Translations under genes and position numbers: made by a program | The notes under the pieces: model-generated | The model's database searches: none | What the model was told of the DNA's origin: nothing | Seen by the model: only the letters and a program-made list of their open reading frames with translations | In this document: piece by piece, positions 19,844-29,297 of the stretch | Layout of the letters: the number at the start of each line of letters is the position of its first letter | Numbering within the stretch: the first letter of the stretch is position 1 | NCBI GenBank assembly: GCA_963710385.1 | Contig: CAVQAB010000018.1 | Span: forward strand, 31,061 to 95,060 | From: an uncultured Bacteroidales bacterium | GTDB lineage: Bacteria > Bacteroidota > Bacteroidia > Bacteroidales > GCA-2748055 | Length of the DNA: 64,000 nucleotides | Reading direction: 5' to 3'

Positions 19844-20637
19844 GGAAGGGAGAGTGTTTCAATATAGCGGGATATAAAATCGAGCAAGCTCTGTAAGTCC
19901 GCAGGATCTGCATCTCTGAACGAAAACTGCTGTTGCCTGAAATATTTTTTTAATACCGGGGTCAGGGTATCCGGAAATATGGATATGAACGATTTCCTGC
20001 TGGCGAAAGAATAAACCTGTCCATGATAACGCAGGTAATATTTCCTCATGGACCCTGTGAACTCATGTGAATGCTGAAAATCATAACTAACTGAAACAAC
20101 TTCTTTCTTCCAGTGAACGTAACAGGTGAGCGGCCCCGAATTCAATACCTGGCAGAAAATGGGCTCTTCGCCGGTGAGGGAAAGTTTATGGAAGGAATGA
20201 TTTCCAAGCTGGAAAGAATCTGTATGAATTTTACTTATGATCACCTGATGAACGCTCTCTTCAAAATCAGAGTATTCCAAAATAAGGAACTGGGAATAGA
20301 TGTCATATTTTAATCGTACATCTTGGTGCTGAATTCCTCTGAGAGTTACTGAACCCTTAAAAAAAAGATCGTCGGGGAAATAGGGATGCCCCTTGTAGAG
20401 CGCATAGCGATTGTAATTCTGAAAACCGTTGTATAATTCCTGGTCGAGGCCAAATTTCATCTGAATATATTTGGAAAGGGAGTCAGTATCAGAATCAGTC
20501 CTCTCGAAAGATTGAGCCATAACCTGTCCAGCCATCAATAACGACGCAAGTGAGGGAATAAGCTTCTGAAGGGGCAAACAGAACATTTTTAAAGATATAA
20601 AATAGTTACGGACATCGATAAACAGGGTTGAAATCAC
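19840..20637 (-). CDS. Hypothetical exported protein, first gene of the DUF4249/TBDR operon
   Basis: LYNG..Y, GHPYF, LKYDIY motifs; stop overlaps TBDR start; true start may be near 20587. Confidence 0.7.
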   Translation of the reverse strand: MISTLFIDVRNYFISLKMFCLPLQKLIPSLASLLMAGQVMAQSFERTDSDTDSLSKYIQMKFGLDQELYNGFQNYNRYALYKGHPYFPDDLFFKGSVTLRGIQHQDVRLKYDIYSQFLILEYSDFEESVHQVIISKIHTDSFQLGNHSFHKLSLTGEEPIFCQVLNSGPLTCYVHWKKEVVSVSYDFQHSHEFTGSMRKYYLRYHGQVYSFASRKSFISIFPDTLTPVLKKYFRQQQFSFRDADPADLQSLLDFISRYIETLSLP

Positions 20638-20654
20638 ATAAACCCTGAAAAGGG

Positions 20655-21786
20655 ATGCCTCAAGATGACCGGACAGAACTCAGGTACCGGATTGCGCTTA
20701 CCATGGCTCCGGCCATAGGTCCCATTACCGCCCGAAAACTGATTGAAAAGGTTGGATCTGCCAGGGCAGTCTTTGAACAGAAGAAGGAGGCCCTGGAAAA
20801 GATCGAAGGAATCGGGCCCCGTCTATCGCAATCATTCAATGCGTCCAGGCTGCTGGACCAGGCCGAAAAGGAGATTGGAATTCCTGGAGAAGCACCACAT
20901 TTCTGCCCTCTATTTTCGAAGATCCGGAATACCCCCAACGCCTGAACCAGTGTGCAGATGGCCCCATCCTGTTATACGCAAGGGGAGAACGAGGGACTCC
21001 ATATGCCGCAGGAGCCTGAGTGTGGTTGGGACCCGCAGGGCCACTTCCTATGGCAGGGATATCTGCAGGAAAATTATGTCTGGACTGGCGGACGTGATCG
21101 ATGACCTGGTTATTGTCAGTGGGCTGGCATACGGGATCGATGTGATTGCTCACAGGGCCGCCCTGGAAAGTGGTATACCAACGGTTGCAGTTTTGGGCCA
21201 TGGGATGACCACCATTTACCCCAATGCCCATCGCGAGACTGCGAAGAAGATCATTGGCCAGGGCGCTCTAGTAACTGATTTTCATTCAAAAATGGGACCG
21301 GAACGGAACAATTTCCTGCGCCGGAACAGGATTATTGCCGGATTGGCCGACGCTACCCTGGTAATCGAATCGGGTAAAACAGGCGGGGCCCTGATCACCG
21401 CAACTGTAGCTGCCTCCTATCATCGGGATGTGCTTGCAGTTCCAGGTCGCGTAGGAGATGAACGATCGAGAGGTTGTAACGGGCTGATAAAAAGCAATAT
21501 GGCAGCACTCATAGAATCCCCTGAAGATGTAATCCATCATTTGAACTGGGATGATCACATCCGGACAGCCCATAAAAATTCCACCCCCGAAATAGATCCT
21601 TCAGAAGAGGAGTATCGGATCTTGCATCAGATCCAGGAAATACCCGGAATTACACCTGGATCCCTATTCAACAATACGGGGATCCCTATTCACAGGGTGC
21701 TGGCCTTGCTCATGGAGATGGAGCTAAAGCAGTGGATCTCTGTAGAGCCAGGCAATTGCTATCGCTCCCGAATCAGCATCACCTGA
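20655..21786 (+). CDS. dprA: DNA-processing protein DprA (frameshifted, probably sequencing error)
   Basis: IGPITARKLI in first frame; VVGTRRATSYG, IVSGLAYGID, NFLRRNRIIAG in a second frame. Confidence 0.9.
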
Positions 21787-21920
21787 TCCGGACCTCCAGC
21801 GATTTGTATGTTATTTGACAATGTTTAATGACATACCTGACCACATGATTAAGGGCATGCCATGACTCTATGAAATAATTTTAGATTTACGTTGCAGTTG
21901 AACCCATTTAAAAAACTAAT

Positions 21921-23261
21921 ATGGATCCAAAAGTTGAACAATTCATGGCCAGGATAAAGGCCAAAAACCCAGCAGAACCAGAATTTCACCAGGCAGTTCA
22001 TGAGGTAGCCGAATCTCTGATCCCGTTTATTGAGGAAAATCCCAGGTACAAACATGCCAAGATACTTGAAAGAATCGCAGAACCTGAAAGGGTTATTTTA
22101 TTCAGGGTGCCCTGGATCAATGATAAGGGTGAGGTGGAGATCAACAGGGGCTTCAGGATTGAAATGAATTCGGCCATTGGTCCATACAAAGGAGGTCTTC
22201 GATTCCATCCCACTGTAAACCTTGGGATCCTAAAATTCCTGGCTTTTGAACAGGTATTAAAAAACAGCCTTACCACTCTGCCCATGGGTGGAGGCAAGGG
22301 AGGATCTGATTTTGATCCAAAAGGAAAATCTGACAATGAGGTGATGCGTTTCTGCCAGAGTTTTATGACCGAGCTTTGCCGGCATATTGGTCCCAATACA
22401 GATGTACCTGCAGGAGACATTGGTGTAGGCGGACGTGAGATTGGTTTTCTGTTTGGCCAGTATAAGCGCATTCGTAATGAATTTACCGGTGTGCTTACCG
22501 GAAAAGGTCTTCAATGGGGCGGAAGCCTGATCAGACCCGAAGCCACCGGATATGGGGCAGTATACTTCGCTGAGGAGATGTTGGAACGCAAAGGTGATTC
22601 ACTGAAAGGGAAAGTGGCCACTGTCTCGGGTTCAGGAAATGTGGCACAGTTTACGGTCCAGAAGCTGACTGAACTGGGTGGAAAGGCTGTTACATTGTCT
22701 GATTCAGGTGGATCCATTTATGATCCGGATGGAATTGATGCTGAAAAACTGGCCTGGGTGATGGATCTTAAAAACATCCGCAGGGGAAGGATCAAAGAGT
22801 ATGCGGAAAAATTTGGATGTGAGTATTTTGAAGGAAAACGTCCGTGGCATGTGAAGTGTGATGTGGCATTCCCGTCAGCCACCGAAAATGAGATCAATAA
22901 AGAAGATGCAGAAACCCTTATCAAAAATGGTTGTCAGGTTATCAGTGAAGGTGCCAACATGCCTTCCACTCCCGATGCCATTGAGGTTTACCTTAGATCT
23001 AAGATTCTTTATGGACCAGGTAAAGCAGCCAATGCAGGAGGTGTGGCAGTTTCCGGACTCGAGATGACCCAGAATAGCATGCGACTGCCCTGGTCCAGGG
23101 AAGAAGTGGACAGCCGCCTGCAGACCATTATGAAGAATATCCACCAGACCTGTGTGGATTTCGGTGCTGGACCAAATGGATATGTGAATTATGTGAATGG
23201 TGCCAATATCGGGGGCTTCGTTAAAGTGGCCGATGCCATGCTGGCACAGGGTGTGGTTTAA
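21921..23261 (+). CDS. gdhA: NAD(P)-specific glutamate dehydrogenase
   Basis: GPYKGGLRFH, GGGKGG, DVPAGDIGVG, RPEATGYG, GSGNVA. Confidence 0.97.
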   Translation: MDPKVEQFMARIKAKNPAEPEFHQAVHEVAESLIPFIEENPRYKHAKILERIAEPERVILFRVPWINDKGEVEINRGFRIEMNSAIGPYKGGLRFHPTVNLGILKFLAFEQVLKNSLTTLPMGGGKGGSDFDPKGKSDNEVMRFCQSFMTELCRHIGPNTDVPAGDIGVGGREIGFLFGQYKRIRNEFTGVLTGKGLQWGGSLIRPEATGYGAVYFAEEMLERKGDSLKGKVATVSGSGNVAQFTVQKLTELGGKAVTLSDSGGSIYDPDGIDAEKLAWVMDLKNIRRGRIKEYAEKFGCEYFEGKRPWHVKCDVAFPSATENEINKEDAETLIKNGCQVISEGANMPSTPDAIEVYLRSKILYGPGKAANAGGVAVSGLEMTQNSMRLPWSREEVDSRLQTIMKNIHQTCVDFGAGPNGYVNYVNGANIGGFVKVADAMLAQGVV

Positions 23262-23321
23262 TCAAGATCCGTTCCTCAATATTATGTGAAAGGATGTTGT
23301 ATGTTTGTACGCAATATTTAA

Positions 23322-24086
23322 ATGTACACTGATTCACATACACATCTTTACCTGGATGCCTTTGCAGCCGATCGAAATGACATGGTCGAACGGGCAGTGG
23401 ATGCCGGGGTATCAAGGATGTTTCTACCCAATATTGACAGCTCCTCCATTGGTCCGATGTTCAGACTTTCAGATCAATATCCAGGGTCATGTTTCCCGAT
23501 GATGGGACTTCATCCTACTTCGGTGAAAGAGAATTACCGTGAGGAGCTCAAGTTAGTGGAAAAACACCTGGTTAACAAAAACATCATTGCCATCGGTGAA
23601 ACCGGGATCGACCTTTACTGGGATCAGACATACCTTCGTGAACAGCAGGAGGTTTTCAAAATCCAGATCCAGTGGGCCAAGGAGTTGAAATTACCACTGG
23701 TGATCCATGCCCGGGATTCATTTCAGGAGATTTTCGACGCCATGGATGAAGTTGGAGATTCGGGTTTACGTGGCGTTTTTCATAGTTTTACCGGGGCTGA
23801 AGAGGATTTAAAAAAAGCCCTTTCTTATGATTTTATGATCGGTATCAATGGGATAGCCACATTTAAGAATTCAAACCTTGGGGGGGTGGTGAAATCAATC
23901 CCGAAGGACCGGCTATTGCTGGAAACAGATGCCCCATACCTTGCACCGGTTCCTTACAGGGGCAAAAGAAATGAAAGCCTTTATCTGGTGGAAATTGCAG
24001 CAAAAATTGCAGAAATTTATAACTTGACAAAAGAAGAGATTGGGACAATAACCTCCCACAACGCCCAACAATTGTTTCAAATTTAG
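23322..24086 (+). CDS. tatD: TatD family hydrolase
   Basis: DSHTHL, GLHP, IGETGID, IHAR, HSFTG, LETDAPY. Confidence 0.92.
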   Translation: MYTDSHTHLYLDAFAADRNDMVERAVDAGVSRMFLPNIDSSSIGPMFRLSDQYPGSCFPMMGLHPTSVKENYREELKLVEKHLVNKNIIAIGETGIDLYWDQTYLREQQEVFKIQIQWAKELKLPLVIHARDSFQEIFDAMDEVGDSGLRGVFHSFTGAEEDLKKALSYDFMIGINGIATFKNSNLGGVVKSIPKDRLLLETDAPYLAPVPYRGKRNESLYLVEIAAKIAEIYNLTKEEIGTITSHNAQQLFQI

Positions 24087-24093
24087 CCTCAAC

Positions 24094-25132
24094 ATGATTC
24101 CTGAAAGTACTTCCATATTAATTATATATACAGGGGGCACCATTGGAATGTTTGAAGATCCGGTGAAGGGATCGCTCAAACCCATCGATTTTAATAAAAT
24201 CATGGATCATATCCCTGAAATCAAAGGACTCGGTTACCACATTGAAGCCGTCAGTTTTGATTCCCCCATTGATTCTTCGGATATCAGCACCTCCACCTGG
24301 ACCCGTCTTGCGGAAATCATTGAAGAGAATTACACATCTTTTGACGGTTTCGTAGTACTGCACGGAACAGATACAATGGCTTATTCGGCTTCGGCTTTGA
24401 GCTTCATGTTAGAAAATCTTGATAAACCGGTCATATTTACAGGTGCACAATTGCCCATTGGAGCCTTGAGAACCGATGGGAAAGAAAACCTGATCACCTC
24501 CATAGTAATTGCTGCCGCAAAAGAGTACGGCAAAGCGGTGGTCCCGGAAGTCTGTGTCTATTTTCGAGAGCAAACTATCCCGTGGCAACAGAACCACCAA
24601 AGTTAATGCAGAACACTTTAACGCTTTTCAGTCCGCCAACTACCCATATCTGGCCAAGGCAGGGGTGCATTTGGTTTACCATCGAGAAAATATCAGACAT
24701 CCGGGGAAATTCAAACCATTGGTGGTACACAAGAATTTTAATCCTCACATTGCTATCCTTAAGCTTTTTCCTGGTCTGACACCGGAGTATATGGATGCAG
24801 TTTTGGGATTTAAAGGACTGAAAGCGGTGATCCTGGAGACTTATGGTGCCGGAAATGCTCCCACCGCATTGTGGTTTTTAAGGAGAATAAAAAAAGCTGT
24901 GGAACAAGGCATTCTCATATTGGATGTAACCCAATGCATCAGTGGAAGTGTTGAGATGGGCAGATACGAAACCAGTCGACACCTTCTAAATGCCGGGGTC
25001 ATAGGTGGTTATGATATTACTACAGAAGCTGCTGTTACCAAACTGATGGTCCTGCTGGCACAAAATCTGCAAGATGATGAGGTTAAAATGCTTTTAAATA
25101 AATCGCTTAAAGGAGAAATCACCCTGCCATGA
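24094..25132 (+). CDS. ansA: Type I L-asparaginase (one frameshift near 24570)
   Basis: IYTGGTIGM and HGTDTM, continuing in another frame RGNRTTK...ETYGAGNAP. Confidence 0.9.
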
Positions 25133-25283
25133 GTGCTTGTTTTAATATTTTTTTGTATTTTTCGCCGCGAAATTCTCCTGCAGGATTAATGCGTAAACTG
25201 TAGCAGGAGTGGTTCTTATAAAAATTTGGAAATAAGCGGGTTTGGAATAAAGAGAGAATCCAGGAAAAGAAGTTTGAATTACC

Positions 25284-25371
25284 GGAGAGGTGCAGGAGTG
25301 GTTGAACTGGCACGCCTGGAAAGCGTGTGTACCCCAAAAGGGTACCGAGGGTTCGAATCCCTCTCTCTCCG
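25284..25371 (+). tRNA. tRNA-Ser(GGA)
   Basis: GGAGAGG/TCTCTCC acceptor stem, CACGC-CT-GGA-AA-GCGTG anticodon arm, long variable arm, GGTTCGAATCC T-arm; CCA not encoded. Confidence 0.97.
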
Positions 25372-25478
25372 CAAAATTCTCTCCGGAATCTTTTCTCTCT
25401 AAATTCTTCGTTTAGGATAAAAGTTATAAATTAGCAATATTCACGTTAAATCATAAAGTAAAACAAACAAACAACACC

Positions 25479-26300
25479 ATGAAAAAATTATTTGCATTGA
25501 TAGCCGTATTCGGGATGCTTTTTATGGGAGCATCGATCTTTGCACAGGACGAAACCACGGAATCTCCTGTGACTGAAGATCCCACACAGGTTGCTGAAGA
25601 GGTTGCAGAAGTAGCAATCCCTGCAGCCCAAGAGCCGGTGGAAGCCGAAGAAGAGGGTGGAATTGCAGTATTGCACACCACTCTGAAGACCAAATTCATT
25701 GAAGGTGGTGCCGGATTTATGGGCGCCGTGCTTCTCACATTGATCTTCGGTCTTGCCCTGGCATTTGAAAGGGTAATTTACCTGAACCTCGCAGCCACCA
25801 ATACCGACAAGCTTCTTTCAGCTGTAGAAGATGCACTGAACGAAGGTGGAGTGGAAGCTGCCAAGGAAGTTTGCCGGAATACCCGAGGTCCTGTGGCCAG
25901 TATATTTTACCAGGGACTTGATCGAGTGGATGAAGGAATTGATGTGGTTGAAAAATCGGTTGTCTCTTATGGCAGTGTTCAGATGGGCCTCCTGGAGAAA
26001 AACCTGTCCTGGATCTCATTGTTTATTGCCATTGCACCTATGTTAGGTTTTATGGGTACCGTTATTGGTATGATCGATGCCTTTGATAAGATCCAGCAGC
26101 AGGGAGATATTTCCCCAACCGTTGTTGCAGGTGGTATTAAGATCGCTCTGATCACCACTGTGACAGGTTTGATGGTGGCTATTATCCTTCAGATTTTCTA
26201 TAATTACCTGGTTTCTCAGATTGACAACATTGTCAATAAAATGGAAGATTCTTCCATTTCCCTTGTGGACCTGCTGGTAAAACACAATCTTAAAAAATAA
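25479..26300 (+). CDS. exbB: MotA/TolQ/ExbB proton channel protein
   Basis: APMLGFMGTVIGM, GIKIALITTVTGL. Confidence 0.93.
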   Translation: MKKLFALIAVFGMLFMGASIFAQDETTESPVTEDPTQVAEEVAEVAIPAAQEPVEAEEEGGIAVLHTTLKTKFIEGGAGFMGAVLLTLIFGLALAFERVIYLNLAATNTDKLLSAVEDALNEGGVEAAKEVCRNTRGPVASIFYQGLDRVDEGIDVVEKSVVSYGSVQMGLLEKNLSWISLFIAIAPMLGFMGTVIGMIDAFDKIQQQGDISPTVVAGGIKIALITTVTGLMVAIILQIFYNYLVSQIDNIVNKMEDSSISLVDLLVKHNLKK

Positions 26301-26306
26301 GAAGCT

Positions 26307-26966
26307 ATGGCTTTTTCCAATCTTACAAGAATCACATTGTATGTGGTTGCTGGGATCTCCCTCATCGTGGTTCTTTTCTTCTATATCGGACCCAAGACCG
26401 TCGCTGATTATGACGGGCTCGTGGAAAGAGTTGATGAAGCATTGAACCCGATTGATATGACCCCTGTTGCCCCGTTACCTGTCATTGATACAACATTGAC
26501 GGATTCTACAGCCATTGCTGAGAATGCAGCAGCCGTTCAACAAGCAACAGAGGAACGTCTTGCTGCACCTGTAGTGACAGAGACTGCTGAGATCAGCGTC
26601 AAAGAGGTAACATCTGGCTGGGAATACCTGCTCTATTTCCGTACCGATATTGCTCTGATATGGGCATACATCCTTATCCTTCTCACGCTTGTTGCTTCTA
26701 TCGTGTTCCCTCTGATTTCTGTCTTCTCAAATCCAAAAGGATTGATCAGGTTGGGTGCGGTGCTTGCTGGAGCTGCCATTCTGGTAGTCATCTCTTATCT
26801 GATGTCAAAATCTACTCCTATAGATATCATAGGATATACCGGTACAGATAATAGTGATCCTGCAACGCTTAAGATGATAGACACTGTCTTATTTGTGACA
26901 TACATTCTGTTTGGAATGGCGCTTGCGTCTATTCTATATGCCATTGTTTCAAGGGCATTTAAATAA
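26307..26966 (+). CDS. Hypothetical membrane protein within exbB-exbD operon
   Basis: 4 hydrophobic segments plus an acidic loop; 6 bp after exbB. Confidence 0.75.
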   Translation: MAFSNLTRITLYVVAGISLIVVLFFYIGPKTVADYDGLVERVDEALNPIDMTPVAPLPVIDTTLTDSTAIAENAAAVQQATEERLAAPVVTETAEISVKEVTSGWEYLLYFRTDIALIWAYILILLTLVASIVFPLISVFSNPKGLIRLGAVLAGAAILVVISYLMSKSTPIDIIGYTGTDNSDPATLKMIDTVLFVTYILFGMALASILYAIVSRAFK

Positions 26967-26991
26967 GAAATCATTAGAAAAACAAAAACCG

Positions 26992-27621
26992 ATGGCAAGA
27001 GAAACACCGGAAGTTAATGGAGGATCACTGGCGGATATCGCCTTTCTTCTGTTGATATTCTTCCTGGTTACCACCACCATGGACATTGATACGGGTATTA
27101 CAAGGCTGCTGCCTCCCGAGCCCGAAAAGGATCAGGAGACTGAAGTGAGGGTTAATAAACGTAACGTTCTGGTGGTTCTTCTCAACCGAAGTGACCGCCT
27201 GATGGTAGGGGGTGAAGATATGGACCGTCTGGCACTTAAGGCCAAGACCATTGAATTCTTCACCAACCCCCTGAACAGCGAGACTCTTCCCGAAATGGAA
27301 GAGACTGAGGTGCAATTTCCTCCGGGAAGTTCTAGCATGTTACCACCAGATGGCATGTGGAGGGGAAAGGTTTCCAAGGGAGTTATATCACTTCAAAACG
27401 ACCGTTCCACCACCTATGGTAAATACCTGCAGGTGCAGAACGAACTGGTTGCAGCCGTGAATGAATTGAGGAACAATTTCTGTAAACTCTATTTTGATAA
27501 AGACTTCGATGATTTGAACACAAACAATCCAATTGAGGAGGAGATCTACGATGGAATCCGGAAGATCTATAAGATGAACATTTCCGAGTCAGATCCTAAA
27601 AACATAGGAGGGCGTAACTAA
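26992..27621 (+). CDS. exbD: Biopolymer transporter ExbD
   Basis: SLADIAFLLLIFFLVTT TM with conserved Asp. Confidence 0.9.
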   Translation: MARETPEVNGGSLADIAFLLLIFFLVTTTMDIDTGITRLLPPEPEKDQETEVRVNKRNVLVVLLNRSDRLMVGGEDMDRLALKAKTIEFFTNPLNSETLPEMEETEVQFPPGSSSMLPPDGMWRGKVSKGVISLQNDRSTTYGKYLQVQNELVAAVNELRNNFCKLYFDKDFDDLNTNNPIEEEIYDGIRKIYKMNISESDPKNIGGRN

Positions 27622-28121
27622 TGTCTAAATTCAGAAGAAAAAAAGGGAAAGGTCTTCAGCGAATCAATACCGCTTCACTACCTGACATTGTTTTCATGCT
27701 TTTATTCTTTTTCATGGTGTCAACAACAATGCGGGAAACTGAAGTCCAGGTGAGGGTTACTGTACCTGAAGCTACAGAGGTAAAGAAGCTGGAAAAGAAA
27801 TCCCTGGTAAGTTACATATACATTGGACGCCCTGTTGGACATGTGGCCAGGATGTACGGAACTGAACCCCTTGTCCAGCTCAACGACAAGCTGGTGAGTG
27901 AAGAAGGGATCCCCTATGAATCAATCCAGGATTTCGTCATTTTCGAGAGGGAAAAACTTCCCGAATCAGATAAAAACAGGATGACCATGTCCCTGAGAAT
28001 AGACCAGAATATTCCTATGGGTAAGGTGGACGATGTTAAGCAGGCCTTAAGGCGTGCAAAAGCGTTGATCATCAACTACTCAGCCAGGAAGGAATACAGG
28101 GATCAGGGAAGACAGAGGTAA
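27621..28121 (+). CDS. exbD: Second biopolymer transporter ExbD
   Basis: SLPDIVFMLLFFFMVST TM with conserved Asp. Confidence 0.9.
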   Translation: MSKFRRKKGKGLQRINTASLPDIVFMLLFFFMVSTTMRETEVQVRVTVPEATEVKKLEKKSLVSYIYIGRPVGHVARMYGTEPLVQLNDKLVSEEGIPYESIQDFVIFEREKLPESDKNRMTMSLRIDQNIPMGKVDDVKQALRRAKALIINYSARKEYRDQGRQR

Positions 28122-28143
28122 CAGAATATCAATCTTATATCAC

Positions 28144-28177
28144 AGAGGGCATCCTGTAAGGGTAGCCCTCTTTTTTT
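28144..28177 (+). terminator. Intrinsic terminator between convergent genes
   Basis: AGAGGGC...GCCCTCT stem followed by a T-run. Confidence 0.75.
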
Positions 28178-29159
28178 ATTCATACAGGGCTGCGTATAAC
28201 TGGTCAACCATTTCCTGGAAGGTTTCCGGCTGATCAAAGACCGAACGTTTCTTAATAAAGCGTTCCGTATGGTAAAAGAGCTTTGTTTTGTCAAATCCGG
28301 TGAAATCCTCAATCCGGCTGTCAAAATATAGCTCGCTGATGTTTTTGTCGTACAGTTTTCTGATGGAATTTCCTATTCCGAATAACAAGTAGTACTTTGA
28401 GATGGGTTTCGCCGGATTCTCATAGTCACAATAAATCTTGTCCACATAGGTGCCATTTTCATAAATCACAACCTCCCTCACAAAGCCCTCATAGGTATAA
28501 AAAATCCATTCCCCATGTCGTTGCCTGGTCTTTTTAAATCCCTGGAATTTAATGGTTCCATCGTTGTATAGCTCCATTTCAGGAATATAAAACTTTCCGC
28601 TTGGTGCTTTTACCTTTCCATTTACCAGCGACCGGTCCTCGATTCCAAAATAGGTCAGGTAAGGCATCTCCCTGATGATCTCATCCGGATTGGAAGATTC
28701 CTCTACTTTCTCAAAATTGGTGCCTGCAAAGACCTCCTCTGCTTGTTCGATGAGCAGCTCCTGTTCATAAATTCCATCCTCAAAAGCCTTTCTGTCGCGC
28801 AACTTGGTGAGTAGCACTCCCATATCATTAAATACACCAGAGCTCAAATCCCACAATCCCATGGAGGAAAGAATCAATTCCTTTTCGTTCCGGTAAACGC
28901 ATGAATTGAGTTTATCGTGGTATAAAATCCTGAGATTCTTTAACTCTTTATACCATCGCAAACCCCTGATCTGATTCCGCTCCTTCCCGTAACAGAGCGT
29001 GATTCTGACGTTTCTTTGATCAGCCTGGTTAAATCTGAGGATGATGCTATCATGCATCTTTAGGGCCGGAGTAAAGAAAATAATTTCGTTGGTTGCTTCT
29101 GAAATGAGACGGTCAATCTGGTACGAATTGCCAACAGATGATAAAAATTCAGCAGCCAT
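28176..29159 (-). CDS. Protein with degenerate PLD-like N-domain, MORN/YwqK-like repeat and helical C-domain
   Basis: MAAEFLS...LISEATNEIIFFTP...ITLCYGK...NEKELILSSMGL..DMGVL resembles short PLD-like nucleases; YNDGTIKFQG..RHGEWIFY..EG...YENG is a MORN-variant repeat. Confidence 0.7.
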   Translation of the reverse strand: MAAEFLSSVGNSYQIDRLISEATNEIIFFTPALKMHDSIILRFNQADQRNVRITLCYGKERNQIRGLRWYKELKNLRILYHDKLNSCVYRNEKELILSSMGLWDLSSGVFNDMGVLLTKLRDRKAFEDGIYEQELLIEQAEEVFAGTNFEKVEESSNPDEIIREMPYLTYFGIEDRSLVNGKVKAPSGKFYIPEMELYNDGTIKFQGFKKTRQRHGEWIFYTYEGFVREVVIYENGTYVDKIYCDYENPAKPISKYYLLFGIGNSIRKLYDKNISELYFDSRIEDFTGFDKTKLFYHTERFIKKRSVFDQPETFQEMVDQLYAALYE

Positions 29160-29246
29160 GGGGTCGTTACAAATGAATAAGTATTTCTGAGTATTGAAAT
29201 TATGCAAAAAAGTTGCTGCCTTTTCGATGAAATATTAACAAATAAA

Positions 29247-29265
29247 AACCTGATGAAATCAGGTT
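29247..29265. terminator. Hairpin after the MFS gene (possible terminator of the iol operon)
   Basis: AACCTGA-TGAAA-TCAGGTT inverted repeat with a T-rich tail on the minus strand. Confidence 0.45.
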
Positions 29266-29297
29266 GAAGGACGCTCCAATAATATCCTATTTGTTTT

